Assembly: GCA_010093995.1 (NCBI GenBank)
Contig: ML992514.1
Span: forward strand, 62,001-126,000
Direction: 5' to 3'
Source of the DNA: Elsinoe ampelina
Lineage: Eukaryota
DNA length: 64,000 nucleotides
Of this stretch, positions 11,901-23,316 are shown piece after piece. The translations under genes were made by a program, and so were the position numbers. Under the pieces are notes generated by a model. The model was not told the origin of the DNA. It saw only the letters and a program-made list of their open reading frames with translations, and made no database searches. Positions within the stretch are counted from its first letter, which is position 1. Each line of letters starts with the position of its first letter.

Positions 11901-14900
11901 TCCCTTAGAAGATTAGTAAAGATAGCTACTACCCTTACTCTCCTTAATAGCATAGACTCTATCCTTTTACTATGACTATTCTATACTAGAGTGTATAGAG
12001 TAGATAGCTCTCTTTAGATACCTTTACTATCTAGGAAGATAGTAAATCTAAGGCTAAAGGCCCCTTTATTGTCACTCCTAATGAATCTAACCTTAAAGCT
12101 AAGATTGCTTTTAATGTAAGTAATTATCTTAATACAGATTTTATTAATCTTATATCTATAAGCATAACTACTTACAAGGTGATAGTTAGTAGCCCTGCAG
12201 GCAAAATGGCTTATATACCTTGCCTTATTATAGCTAGTGAACCTATTAATAATAATGTTAAAGGTGATCCTTTTAAAGGGCTTAGTTGTAACAATCTTAG
12301 TGTTAGGGCTCCTTAAGATAAGCTTCTAAGCATTTAATAGCTTATAAGTCTAACATAGTAACCTAAGATAGATTAGCTAAACTAAGTTAGGCTTAGTTAG
12401 AGTTAGCTTACTACTAACTATAGCAGTTAGGAGGTAATTAATAGACTCTATACTTGGATGGCCTATAACTTTATACTAGGATTAATTAGTCCTTGTTATA
12501 ACTAAGGTAAATACTAATAGATAAGGATCTCTAGTGCCTCCTATAGCTATAGCAATAGTATAAGGAGCTTTAGAGTTATTCTCTACTATATATTAATTGT
12601 GTTTTAGAGTCACTAAGAAGAGTACTCTTCCTTTATAATTGATCTCTATAGTTTAAGTGTTCTAGTGGACTCTACCCTTTAGGAACCTCCTAAGGCTAAC
12701 TAGATTAGTTATTATTAATAGCACATAAGCTACTTATGTAAGCTAAATAGTCACTAGCTTTCCCCTATAGATCGCTATAATAGTGATCGATCCCTAACTC
12801 TTAATAGTAAGTAAGGTGTTACTATAGAACATTTGCTTATAAGGTTCTACAAGTCTAGTGACCTTATATCTGTCCTTTATAGTGTAATTACAGATGTAAT
12901 TAGTTGCTCCAGAATTTAGAATCTATAAACTTAAGATATTACTAGTGGCTAAGATAAATGCTAAGTGTAATCTAATAGTTATAGCTATGTTAATTAGCAC
13001 TAGTAAGGATAACTCCTTATAAAGGTAAGCCTCCTTAGTAAGGATAGCTTTAACCTTCTCCCTTAAGGCCTTATTATTAAGCCTTTGCTTAACCTCCTTA
13101 AGGGTCTATTAGTTTAGTAACTATCCTTCTAGCCTTAGATGCTTATTTAAGTAATAGCACTTGCTCTACTTATGCCGCTTCTAGCACATATATCTAGGCT
13201 CCCTAGTAGGACTAGACTTCTCTTATAAGGAGTCCTTAGTAGCTATAGAGAATACTATTACTCCCTTACTAGCCTTTATGCTACTATATAGCTTATAAAG
13301 TTTATAAAACTATCTAAACTTAGTAATTAATTTAAGCATAGTTAGTAGAGTTAGTGAATCTAGATTAATAAGATATTTGTTAGTAAATGCTAGCTTAGTC
13401 TTTAAGATAGATAGTAAGAAGTCTCTCTATAGCCTTAAGCCTTAAGCTTCTAGTAGGTTGTAATTCCTAGCCTTATTTATAACCTCTTTCTATTACTAAA
13501 GCTAATAGTCTATATTCTATAATAATGGACTAGAGAGTTGTCTCCTCTAGAGAGCTTTAACCTTAAGCTAAACAGCTGTATTAGAAGGTGTAAACCTGTT
13601 CTTAAGTGCTCTAAGGATAGTCTATAGATAGGGATCTCCCTCTAGTTAGATAACTATAAGAACTTATAGTGCAATTAATAACTAAATAAGGCTAGCTAGA
13701 TCTACTAAGGCCTTGTGCTATTTATTATACTAAGCTTGCTCCTCCTTATATATCTAGAAGAGTACTAAGAAGTTAGAATCTAATACATCTAGCCTCTAAG
13801 GCTTAGGGAGCCCTTCTAGCTTAACTGTCTATTAAGGATTAACAAGGTTCTATATCTTAGTGTTTAATGCTCTTATCTTAATAATATATAGCTAGCTAGC
13901 CTATTTAGCTAATATAGCAAGAATAATAGGTGTTCTAGCTATTAGTGTGTTAGTATCTATAGTTGTTTATCTCTTTATTAACACCTAAATCCTGTAGTTA
14001 TAGTTAAGGCAGTTCTTAACAGATTCTAATGCTTAAAAAGCGAGATAATAGAGAATTGACTAATAGATAGAATAGAGAAGCCACTAAATGATATACTTGT
14101 ATAGGGGTAGTTATACCGGGCTTATAACTATTAACTTATGTGTAGGGGAAGAGAAGATTTATTACTACCTAATCTACTAAAATTAGGTGGATTCTCCCTA
14201 TATAAATACTTAACCTAATAAACTAAGAAATAACTAAATTGATAGAACTCCTAAGCTTTAATAGAATAAGACAATAACCGTCTAAATCGATTATGAATTA
14301 GTGTAACCGTTGATGAGTGCTTAGTTTAACCTTAGGTGCACTAAATTAGAGTCCTTCTTAGTACTATACTCTTGCCGAGGTTAATAAGGCCTTAGTATTA
14401 CATGACTACAGGTTATGTAACTCTCTAGCCTAAGCATCTAGAGAGAGCTATATTCTTAATACTCCTACTTAGCTCCTATAGATAAGCTATTAGGTTAATG
14501 ACAAGCTAAGTTACTTTATAAAGCGTATAAAACTCTAACCTTGTAATAGCTTAGTTAACCTATTAGTAACTATGTCTACTGTCCTTACAAACTTAACCTA
14601 TATCCTCTAGTCCCTCTATAGCCTCCTAACGTAGTAGTAAGCAACATTAATGTACTTTGCCCTTTTATAAGTATATAGCTCCTTTATAAGTAAAAGAGCT
14701 ACTTAATTATTACTATTAATCTTAGTAGTAAAGGGTAATCTTATTATTGCTTTCTAAGACTCCTTTATAGTTAGTTTCTAAGGTAACTAACTAACTATCT
14801 TATAACAGCCTATATCTCTTAGTAACTAAGACAGGAACTATAATCTCTTTATATAAGAGTATATTACTATATATTTAGCCTCTATAGTAGAGGTTAAAAC

Positions 14901-17900
14901 AGACTTCTACTTCCTACTTATCTAGCTAATAGGACTACCTACAAGTATAAAGACATATCTAAGAATAGAGACTCTATCTGTCTTGTCTAAGGCATAATCT
15001 AAATTAGAATATCCCTTAAGAGTCTTATTCCTATTCCTCCTAAATAAAATGCTAAGATCTTTAGTTAATCTAATGTATCTTAATATCTTCTTTATCTTAA
15101 TAGCATAATTATCTATTAGATCTGCTATAAACTAACTTAGCCTTCCTAAGGCGAAGGTAGTGTCTAGCCTTGTTAGGGTGCTAAGGTACATCTAGCTTCT
15201 AATAGCATATAAGTACTTAGTTCTACTAAATCTTACATCTTTAGTCTAAGCTCTCTAAGGGAGCTTATTGTCTATTAGCTGCTTTATTAGAGTAGCCTTA
15301 TTAGAGGTTATGTTAAGCCTCTATAGCATATTATTCACATAGTAGGTTTAGTTAAGCCTTAAGGTTCCTTATTGTCTGTCCCTTATAACTTTAACACTAA
15401 GAACTTTACTAACCTCGCTAAGATTCTTAATCTTAAAGATTCTACTAAGCTCTTACTTAAACCACTAAATGTTCTCTTTGCTTTGTGCTATAAATAGTAT
15501 GTTATTAATATAAACTAAGAGAATAATCTTCTTATTATAGTACATAAGAAGATAGAGGTCTACTTCGCTCTAAGTAAAGCCTAGCTTTAAGAGCTTAGAG
15601 ATGTAGTACTAATTCTAATCTCTAGTAGCTTGCTTAAGTCTATATAAGCTCCTAAGAATCCGGAAGGCAATGCTAGGTCTAACTTTAAGTCTAGGTAGTG
15701 GCCTTATATAGATTACTTCCTTAAGGAATAATTCTATAAAGGCGTTATTAACGTCCACCTAGTAGCACTTAAGGTTACGCATGTATACAATGGCAAAGAA
15801 CAGTCTTAGTGTATCTACTCTAACTGTTAGTGTAAATATGTCTTTATAGTTAATACTATACTTCTATAAGAAGCCTCTAGTAACAAGTCTAGCTTTAAAC
15901 TTCTTAATAGAGCTATCTATGTTGTACTTAATATTAAAGACCTACTTAGATGTTACTAAGTTAGATCCCTTTAGGGGAATAACCTCTTCCTATGTATTGT
16001 TTAATCCTAGAGCATTTAGCTCGGTATTAATTGCTTCCTGCTACTTGCTTCCCTATATTAGATTAGCAATAGCCTTATTATAGTCCCTTAGGATTAGAAC
16101 GTATTACTTAATAGAGGCTATTATAGTAATCTCCTTACCTTTATCTTACTAGTTAATATACTTAGCTATAAATACTCTATAATGCTTTACTATAGGCTTC
16201 TTATTATTAGACTCTTTATCTCTTAATCTCTTAAGTAATTAACCTACATAATTAGATAATCCTAATTGTACTATTAGCTCTTCTCTATAATAGAAATCTA
16301 TAAGGTTAACAGGGTTAACTCTTAGGATCTTAATATATAAGAAGATTCTCCCTATAGGCGCTTCTTACTAAATAGGCTAATTTAATTAGTCTATCCTAGA
16401 ATTGAGCCTAGCTCGAATCTAGGTTAGTCTCCTAACTAGTCTCCTAATAGGTGCCTAATTGCTTGTAGTGTTAATCTTAATACTAAGATCGATATTACTA
16501 CCTTTCTTAAATTTAGAGAACTTAATATTTAGTAACACAATTACTAACTTCCTATTAGGTGCCTATATCTTGTATATCCTATTAGTTCCATCTACATAGC
16601 TAAGAAATACTTCTACTCTCTCTCTGTCTATAAGCTTATCTTTTCTTCTATATATAGGAAGGGACTTTAGGTTTATATAGGTGTATACCTTATAGCTCTA
16701 GACTCTAATATAATTAACTAATAGCTTAATGCCTATATAGGCTTTAATTAGTATAGCTTATTTACTATTGATCTTAGGTCTAGTTACTATCCTATTCCTT
16801 AGATATGTATCTACCTAAACTGCTTTAGGCTAGAACTTATTTAGCATCTTTAAGTCCTTAAGCATTGCTCTTATACTATTCTCTAAGGTTTAGATGCCTT
16901 TCTCTACTAGTCTATTCTAAATTAAATTATATAGCTTAGTAGTTGTGTAATGGATGCCTTCTTAGCGCTCTTACTACTTTAGGATCTTATTAAGCTTACT
17001 AGCATTGTCTAATCTAGTAACCTTGACTTTAGTATCACTTTCCTTCTTAACTCTTAGCTTCTACTTAATAAGCCTCTATAGGGCTTTATCTCTTGTCTTA
17101 AGTGGTATAATCTATATCATCCTTAAATAGCTATCTATAAGCTCTAGGAAGTATCTAAACCCTTCCCTACTTACTTTAATTAGGCTATAGATGTTAGCAT
17201 AAATAAGCTAAAGAACCTCTAGTCTTCTCTATAAAGTTTTACCTCTTCTGTTTCTTATCTTTATTAAGGAACAGACCTTACATAGGATTAACAAATTATA
17301 GTTTAAATTAATAGGCTTCTTAAGGGTTATAACCTTATAAAGATCCCTAAGCTTCTTAACTCTAAGGTAAGTAAATCTCCTATGCTAGAGTTAGTACTCT
17401 ATGTTAGAGTTATTAGGTCTTAAATTAATAAGATCCTTATGTTACTTATCCTAGGTTAGATATACATACTTAGTGTGTGATATAATTACTAGCTAAGTAG
17501 CAAGGAATACTATGTCCTAATTAGCTAGATCTAGAATTAAGCCGGGCTTAGATCTAGAATGTAGCTTTTAATTAGCTAACTACTTAAAGAGAAATTAGAT
17601 AATATATACCCCCCCTCGAATTCTGGCTTTAAGTAGTAGCTGCTTTTATAAATTAAGAACAAGAAAAGAATTTAAATTAAGAACTCTAGAAACTCCTAAA
17701 TCTATATATAGCTTACGATAGGAGACTAAATTAACACTAAGATTAGGTATATAAAGAGCCTATACCTTTATCTTATCTCCATTCTTAGTCTTAATAACAG
17801 CGGTTCCTATTAACTATAACTAAAGGTAACCCCCCCTAACCTGGATCTATCGAGTGTATATCTTGCTTAATAGGCCTCTAAAGAGGGTTAGCTTGTCTAT

Positions 17901-19628
17901 TATATAGTTAGATACGCTAGAGTTAAGCATCTACTAGTGATATAGAAGCTTACCTTAAACCTCTAATATAGAACCTATAGTCTTAAGCTCCTTACCTCTA
18001 GATAGAACCTCTAGTAGTAGAGATAGAGATATTAATAGTAAATCTCTTTTAGTAGCTAGATAGGCCTTGCCTTTCCTCTTTAGCTTAGCTGCTTTAAGAG
18101 AATCTATCCTCTTAGTAAGCTACCTTATAAGGGTAATTAGATTATTAGAAGCTAATAGAGATCTTCTCCTCCTTAGTAGGCTCTTAGTAATCCTATAGGA
18201 AGGCTAAATATACCTCTATACTCTTTAAAGTTAAGGGCATCTAATTACGGTATAACTAGCCTATAAGTAGAGAATATATATATAGCTTATACTTCTACTA
18301 GGTCCTTAATTTGGTCTCCCCCTAGTAGATATAGTAATCTTATGCTTACTAAGGCGTCTCTCTTCCTCCTTAAGAATAAGAAGGACCTTATCTATGTTAG
18401 TTAATCCTCTTGCTTTAATTACTTGCCTTATAAACCTATAGTCGTTAGGAAGAGAATAGAGAAGCTACTATAATCTCTCTACTGCCCTCTAATAACTCTT
18501 GTCTAGGTAGACAATAGCAATCTATCTTCCTAGGCTAGCAAGGTAGGACTAAGCTTTATTAATAGTGTCCTACTTATCTATCTTATAGTTTATAAATTAG
18601 ATAACTAGCTCTCTTACGCTTACCTTAAGGTTTGTTTTGTACTTAGACTTAAGCAATCTCTAACACTCTAATATAAGCTCTTCCTTATATAGTAACTCTT
18701 TATTATCTTATAAGATGCACTAGACAACCTAGTACTTAGTAGTTACATTAGCCTTTTACTAGTCCTTTAACTTAATAGGTAGGACTAAAAAGGAGCTAGA
18801 GGTGTTATCGGATAATAGTGTTACTAAAGGGGTAGTCTAACTACGAATAGTCTAGAAGGTATCCTTACTTATAAGGTACATTTCTATCTAGTGAAACTAT
18901 TCTCTCTAGTTAAGTCTATTAAGCTTAATAACTAGTCTTCTTAAAGATAAGGACTAATCTTCTATAGTTAGGAATTAAGTTCTCTAAGGAGAATTAAATT
19001 TGTAATAAGTAAATAAAGGTCTAGTTCTTATTAATAACCTTTAGCTAATCGTTCTAGGTGTTAAGATCTATCGATTCCTAATCTTAAATAGATAATTGTT
19101 AATAAGATTAATAGGTGCTTAATCTTAAGAGAAAAGAGGTAAATAAAAGAAGCTATTTAGTTGTTTATAGCTAATAAACAGCAGCTGTTGTACAATTACA
19201 GGATTTGAACCTATACTAAATAGAAGTGCTATTCCTGCTTATTGTCCTAAGTAGTACAATCTTTTACAACTTATAGTATAGTCTACTAGGCTTTCTAAAG
19301 GTATCTAGATAGTTAACTATAAGGCGGTAGAGATATTATAATTCCGCTTCTGTTTTGTTTAAGCAGTGGGCCAACTGCTATACATACAATTCTATACTTG
19401 TGCTATAAGCTCTAGGCTTATAACCTATTAAGCAAAAGGCACGTTTAGGAGTAGAGTATTATATAGAACTAATCTACACACTAGTTAGGTAATAGACAAG
19501 TTAATTAATTAAGGAGTCTATCTACTAGAAGAAAGAACAGCTTATAAATCCCTAGGCCTTAGCATTACATGACCACAGGTCATGTGACTCCCTAGCCTAA
19601 GCATCTAGAGAGAGCTATATTCTTAACA
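8929..19628 (-). mobile_element. Ty1/Copia LTR retrotransposon A, RIP-inactivated; 5370 bp without the nested element B
   Basis: 5-bp TSD TAAAG (8924-8928, 19629-19633). 203-bp LTRs: 19426-19628, and a split copy 8929-9061 + 14392-14461. PBS-like GGTTATAAGCC follows the 5' LTR on the minus strand; PPT near 14462-14476. De-RIP motifs in Copia order: gag CCHC (about 18240-18280), protease WMLDSGASDH (about 17900-17935), RT SLYGLKQ and LVYVDD (about 15500-15650), RNase H KHIDVAYH (about 14635-14660). Confidence 0.93.
9062..14386 (-). mobile_element. Ty1/Copia LTR retrotransposon B, RIP-inactivated, inserted in the 3' LTR of element A
   Basis: TSD AGGCC (9057-9061, 14387-14391). 258-bp LTRs at 9062-9319 and 14129-14386. 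PBS-like GTTATAAGCCCGG (14116-14128) and PPT AGTAAAGGGGTG (about 9320-9331). RT FFFVDDI (about 10312-10335), ALYGLKQ (about 10440-10460) and RNase H RLRHVDI (about 9520-9542). Confidence 0.95.
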
Positions 19629-20589
19629 TAAAGCGCCTTTACCTTTTATAACTTAATAAGAATTATAAGTAATCTAAGCTAGACTATAATACTGCTAAGA
19701 AGAGTTACTCTAAGTTATAAGAGCGCTATAATAGATTAAAGAGTAAGAGTAAGGGACTATTAATACTAGAGCGTAATAGTCTTAAGATAGATAAGACTAA
19801 TACTACTACGTAGATTAATAAGCTACTACTAGAGATGCTACTAGAGTTGCCGCTAGAGGTAAAGGAGAAGAAGGAGAAGAAGGAGGAGAAGCACTAAGCC
19901 GTTACTAACACTCTTTATAATACTTAATTTTAGTAAATTATTATAAATCTAGCGCCTTAAAAGGTTAGAGATAGCTAGAGTACTTAGTATATAGTGCTAT
20001 ATAACTAAAGGACATAAGGAAGCAATTTTGCACTATATAATAGGTTATTTAGCGCTTTCTAAGGTCTTAATTATAAGCTAAAAACACTAACTCTAAGCCT
20101 TAGCCTTATTTACCTCTATACTAGCAACAATAATTCAGTTAAGTCAATTCTCACCAAAAGCTGTAAGGTATGCTAAGATATACATCTTTTACCAATTCTG
20201 GCAGGTCGGCGTATCTCCGGCTGTATCTCACCGCTTTCCGGAACCAAGGGGTGGCCAGTTCTAGGGGATGGCCAGATCCCCGGGGCAGACGTTATTTGGT
20301 TCGAGGTACCAGAAATGCTGACCTCCATTCGCGCCGAGTCTGTCCCCGCGCACCGACTGACCGATGGGTGACTCCACCTTCAAGGCCTCGCTGACAAAGT
20401 GGGGGTTTGTGTGGAGGAACAGGACGCCCGACACCAATTGGAGCCGCAAGTATATCAACACAAGGTCTGCCCATCTCTAACCCATCTTTCAATATCAGAT
20501 TACAACCAAAAATCCACCGTCCTCGACTAAAACCCACTCCAAACATCATCCCCTCAACACCCCCCACAAATCCACAAACCACCACCAAA

Positions 20590-21552
20590 ATGGCCCTCCC
20601 CTACGACCCCGAATTCCACACCGCCATCGCCCCCATGCTCGCCCACCCCCAACCCGCTCTCCCCGCCGGCGACGTCCCCTCCCGCCGCGCCCGGCTCGAC
20701 GCTCTCTTCACCTTCCTCATGTCCACCATCCCACCCCAACCAACCATCACCCAAACCACCCTAACCATCACCACCCCCTCAGGCCCCCTCCCCATCCACG
20801 TCTTCACCCCCACCACGCTCCCCCCCGGCCCCTCCCCCGCCATCCTCCTCGCCCACCCAGGCGGCCACGTCTCCCTCACCTCGGCCATCCTCGCGCCCTC
20901 AACAGCCAAACTCGCCGCCCAACTGCAACTCCCCGTGTACTCGGTCGAGTACCGCCTGGCCCCCGAACACCCCTTCCCCGCCGATCTCGACGACTGCTAC
21001 GCCGCCCTGTCCCACCTGTCCACACACGCGGGGGACCTCAACATCGACCCCGCGCGGATCATCCTCTACGGCGCCTCGGCGGGCGGCGGTCTAGCCGCTG
21101 CTCTGGCCCTGCGCGCCCGCGACCAGGGCCTGACCCCGCAGCCGAAAGGCGTCGTGCTGGTGTACCCCATGCTCGACGACCGCGTCTCCTCCGCCGCGCC
21201 GGGGACGGAGAAGGCGTTGGTGTGGACGCTCGCGGACCAGGAGACGGGGTGGGGGGCGTACCTCGGGGGAAAGTTCCGGGGGGAGGAGGTGTCGACTTAC
21301 GCGGCGCCGGGGAGGGCCAAGGCGGGGGAGCTGGAGGGGTTGCCGCCTCATTGGATTGATGTCGGGGGGTTGGATTTGTTTGCTGGGGAGAGTTTGAGGT
21401 ATGCGGCGGGACTGGTGGAGGCGGGGACGGAGGTGGAGATGCACCTCTGGAAGGGGGTAGTGCATGGGTTTGAGGTCATGGCGCCGGAGGTGGCGGTGAC
21501 GAAGAGGGCGGAGGAGGGGAGGGTGGGGTTTATAAGGGGGTTGGTTGGGTGA
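20590..21552 (+). CDS. Alpha/beta hydrolase, HSL-like lipase/esterase (Abhydrolase_3)
   Basis: VEYRLAPEHPFPA, GASAGG nucleophile elbow, YPMLDDR, DLF and HGF catalytic residues. Start placed at ATG 20590 (CAAAATGG context). Confidence 0.9.
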   Translation: MALPYDPEFHTAIAPMLAHPQPALPAGDVPSRRARLDALFTFLMSTIPPQPTITQTTLTITTPSGPLPIHVFTPTTLPPGPSPAILLAHPGGHVSLTSAILAPSTAKLAAQLQLPVYSVEYRLAPEHPFPADLDDCYAALSHLSTHAGDLNIDPARIILYGASAGGGLAAALALRARDQGLTPQPKGVVLVYPMLDDRVSSAAPGTEKALVWTLADQETGWGAYLGGKFRGEEVSTYAAPGRAKAGELEGLPPHWIDVGGLDLFAGESLRYAAGLVEAGTEVEMHLWKGVVHGFEVMAPEVAVTKRAEEGRVGFIRGLVG

Positions 21553-21739
21553 AATGTAATCTTCTCGTTCGTGGGAATCTAATCTCGTCCTTTTACAAAT
21601 TTCTCTCGCGCCTGCATCTGCCCTCGCCTATAATCCGGACGTGCGCTGTCGACTGTCCAGTCTTGATAAGTTTTGCTCCTCGCCCTCCCCAACACCTTGT
21701 AATGCAACGCCCATTACTTTACTTCGTCCTGCGCTTCCA

Positions 21740-22921
21740 CTATGCCGCGGCAGGTTGCTTCTCGCCATCAGTCACTTTGTGTTCCCCACTCGTCGCGGCC
21801 GGTGCTGCACCCTCTGCCTTCACATCTGTTGGCTCGCTAGCAGTGTTGTTGATCTCATTCCCGCCTTCCTTCTTCTTCTTCAACCACGCTGGGTCTCTCG
21901 CGAATTGCGGGTCGTGCCATGGTCCCTTGTCCGAGTATTGGCATCCACCAGGGCATTCGCACGATCCACCGTACTCCTTTGGCAAGTTCTCTGCTGGAAT
22001 CTGCTTGAGCAGCTCAGACTTGTAGCCGCCGCCGAGAACGTGAATCTTGGCCACTGTTACGGGATCGAGGAATTTCTTGACCACGGCAAACACGCTGCTG
22101 AACCCCCAAGGAGCGTTGATGACGAAGAGTTTTCCAAGACGTTCGGGGTAGTAGTTTTGTGATACACCGGAAGCCTTACCCATGTAACCGTAGACTTGGC
22201 CGACATTGGTCAGGCCGACACCCTTGAGGTCCATGATGGTGCAGCATGTTTCGAGAAGATGGCCGGATTGGCGGGAGCAAGCTGGCAGGCGTGGGTCGGA
22301 GACCTTCTCGTATTCGACCACAAGGTTGGAGAGGAGACGCTCTTCGGTGGTGATTTTGTACATTTCTGTAAGGTTGATGTTGCCTAGTCGTTCAATGTAT
22401 ACCGGTCTGCCATCCTGACAAGTATTAGAGCAAGACTACACGCAGTTGTCGTGGTTATGTACCTTGTCTGTACCGTGGTAGTACTGCGGGTAGAGATGTT
22501 CCAGCTTCTTCTTCTCGTCGCTGAAATCAAAGGTCTGGAGGAGATTGTCGATTCCACCGCCGAACTCTTTCCGCCATTTCTCGCAGTCGATGAACCTAGA
22601 TGCATCAGCATAACAGCTTGCTTGTGAGCAAATGCAATGACCCACATCTGCTTTGACAGCTCAACGTTGAATTTCCTTGCTCGTAGAAACCGTAGCTGTT
22701 GTGCGTCAGCAACCCCTCGACGCTGCCTTGCCCGGATTGCTTACGAGTGTCAAGGTGTCCAATCGCTCAGTGTATCCCGCCTGCTCCAGCATCATCCTGA
22801 ATTGGGAAACCTGTGCCTCCTGTTCTGGCGTCAAGTGTCCTGGGTGACCTGGCTGGTTCGTGGCCGACGTTGTGGGGTAGTCATAGTGGTCGTATTTCTC
22901 ATCTAGCTTGAGTTCAGGCAT
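21740..22921 (-). CDS. SEC14: Sec14 phosphatidylinositol/phosphatidylcholine transfer protein; 4 exons (introns 22696-22744, 22596-22645, 22415-22462)
   Basis: [55 protein letters not shown] and KGPW. The GT-AG introns restore the frame. Confidence 0.95.
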
Positions 22922-23316
22922 GGTAGTGGTTGGTTGTGTGTGTCGCGCTGTCTGAGTGTTGGAGTTGGTGATATATTAACGGGTCTGCTCAAAAGTAAGG
23001 CGAATAAAGGAGTGCGAGAATGTCACCGACAATGCTTGCGGATCACGGATGAAATGCCAGGGTTCAAAAAGAGTGGAGGTCTGGCCAGCGCACGGGATGA
23101 GGTCAACAAGTGTTTTGACGACCACTGGGACTCTGCCACGGACAGTGCGCAAGGCTTTGCCCCGCTCCCTCTCTCTTTTTCAACCACCTCAGCCCCACGT
23201 GCTTGTGCTTGTGCCTGCTGCTGCCACTGACGTCGACGTTGACGAACCGTTGTACATTTATTGACGACAAGGACGATACTATTTACACCGCGAGAAGCAA
23301 GACACACAGAGCAGAC

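Larger units (their letters stand above)
6860..20292 (+). mobile_element. pogo/Fot1-type (Tc1-mariner superfamily, DD35D) DNA transposon, RIP-inactivated; 2728 bp after removing the nested inserts
   Basis: Perfect 42-bp TIRs at 6860-6901 and 20251-20292 starting ACGT, with flanking TA duplication (6858-6859 and 20293-20294). Internal transposase remnants are in one reading frame. Confidence 0.95.

Noticed and set aside
6960..20170. AT-rich ORF-free block as a mitochondrial insertion, foreign DNA or centromere
   Set aside because: Fully explained by RIP-mutated transposons with TIRs, LTRs, TSDs and a strong TpA excess. Centromere function cannot be inferred from this sequence.
20170..20589. 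ORF-track extensions 20170-20394 and 20407-20589
   Set aside because: The first overlaps the transposon end and TIR. The second starts at a non-ATG codon upstream of the well-contexted ATG at 20590.
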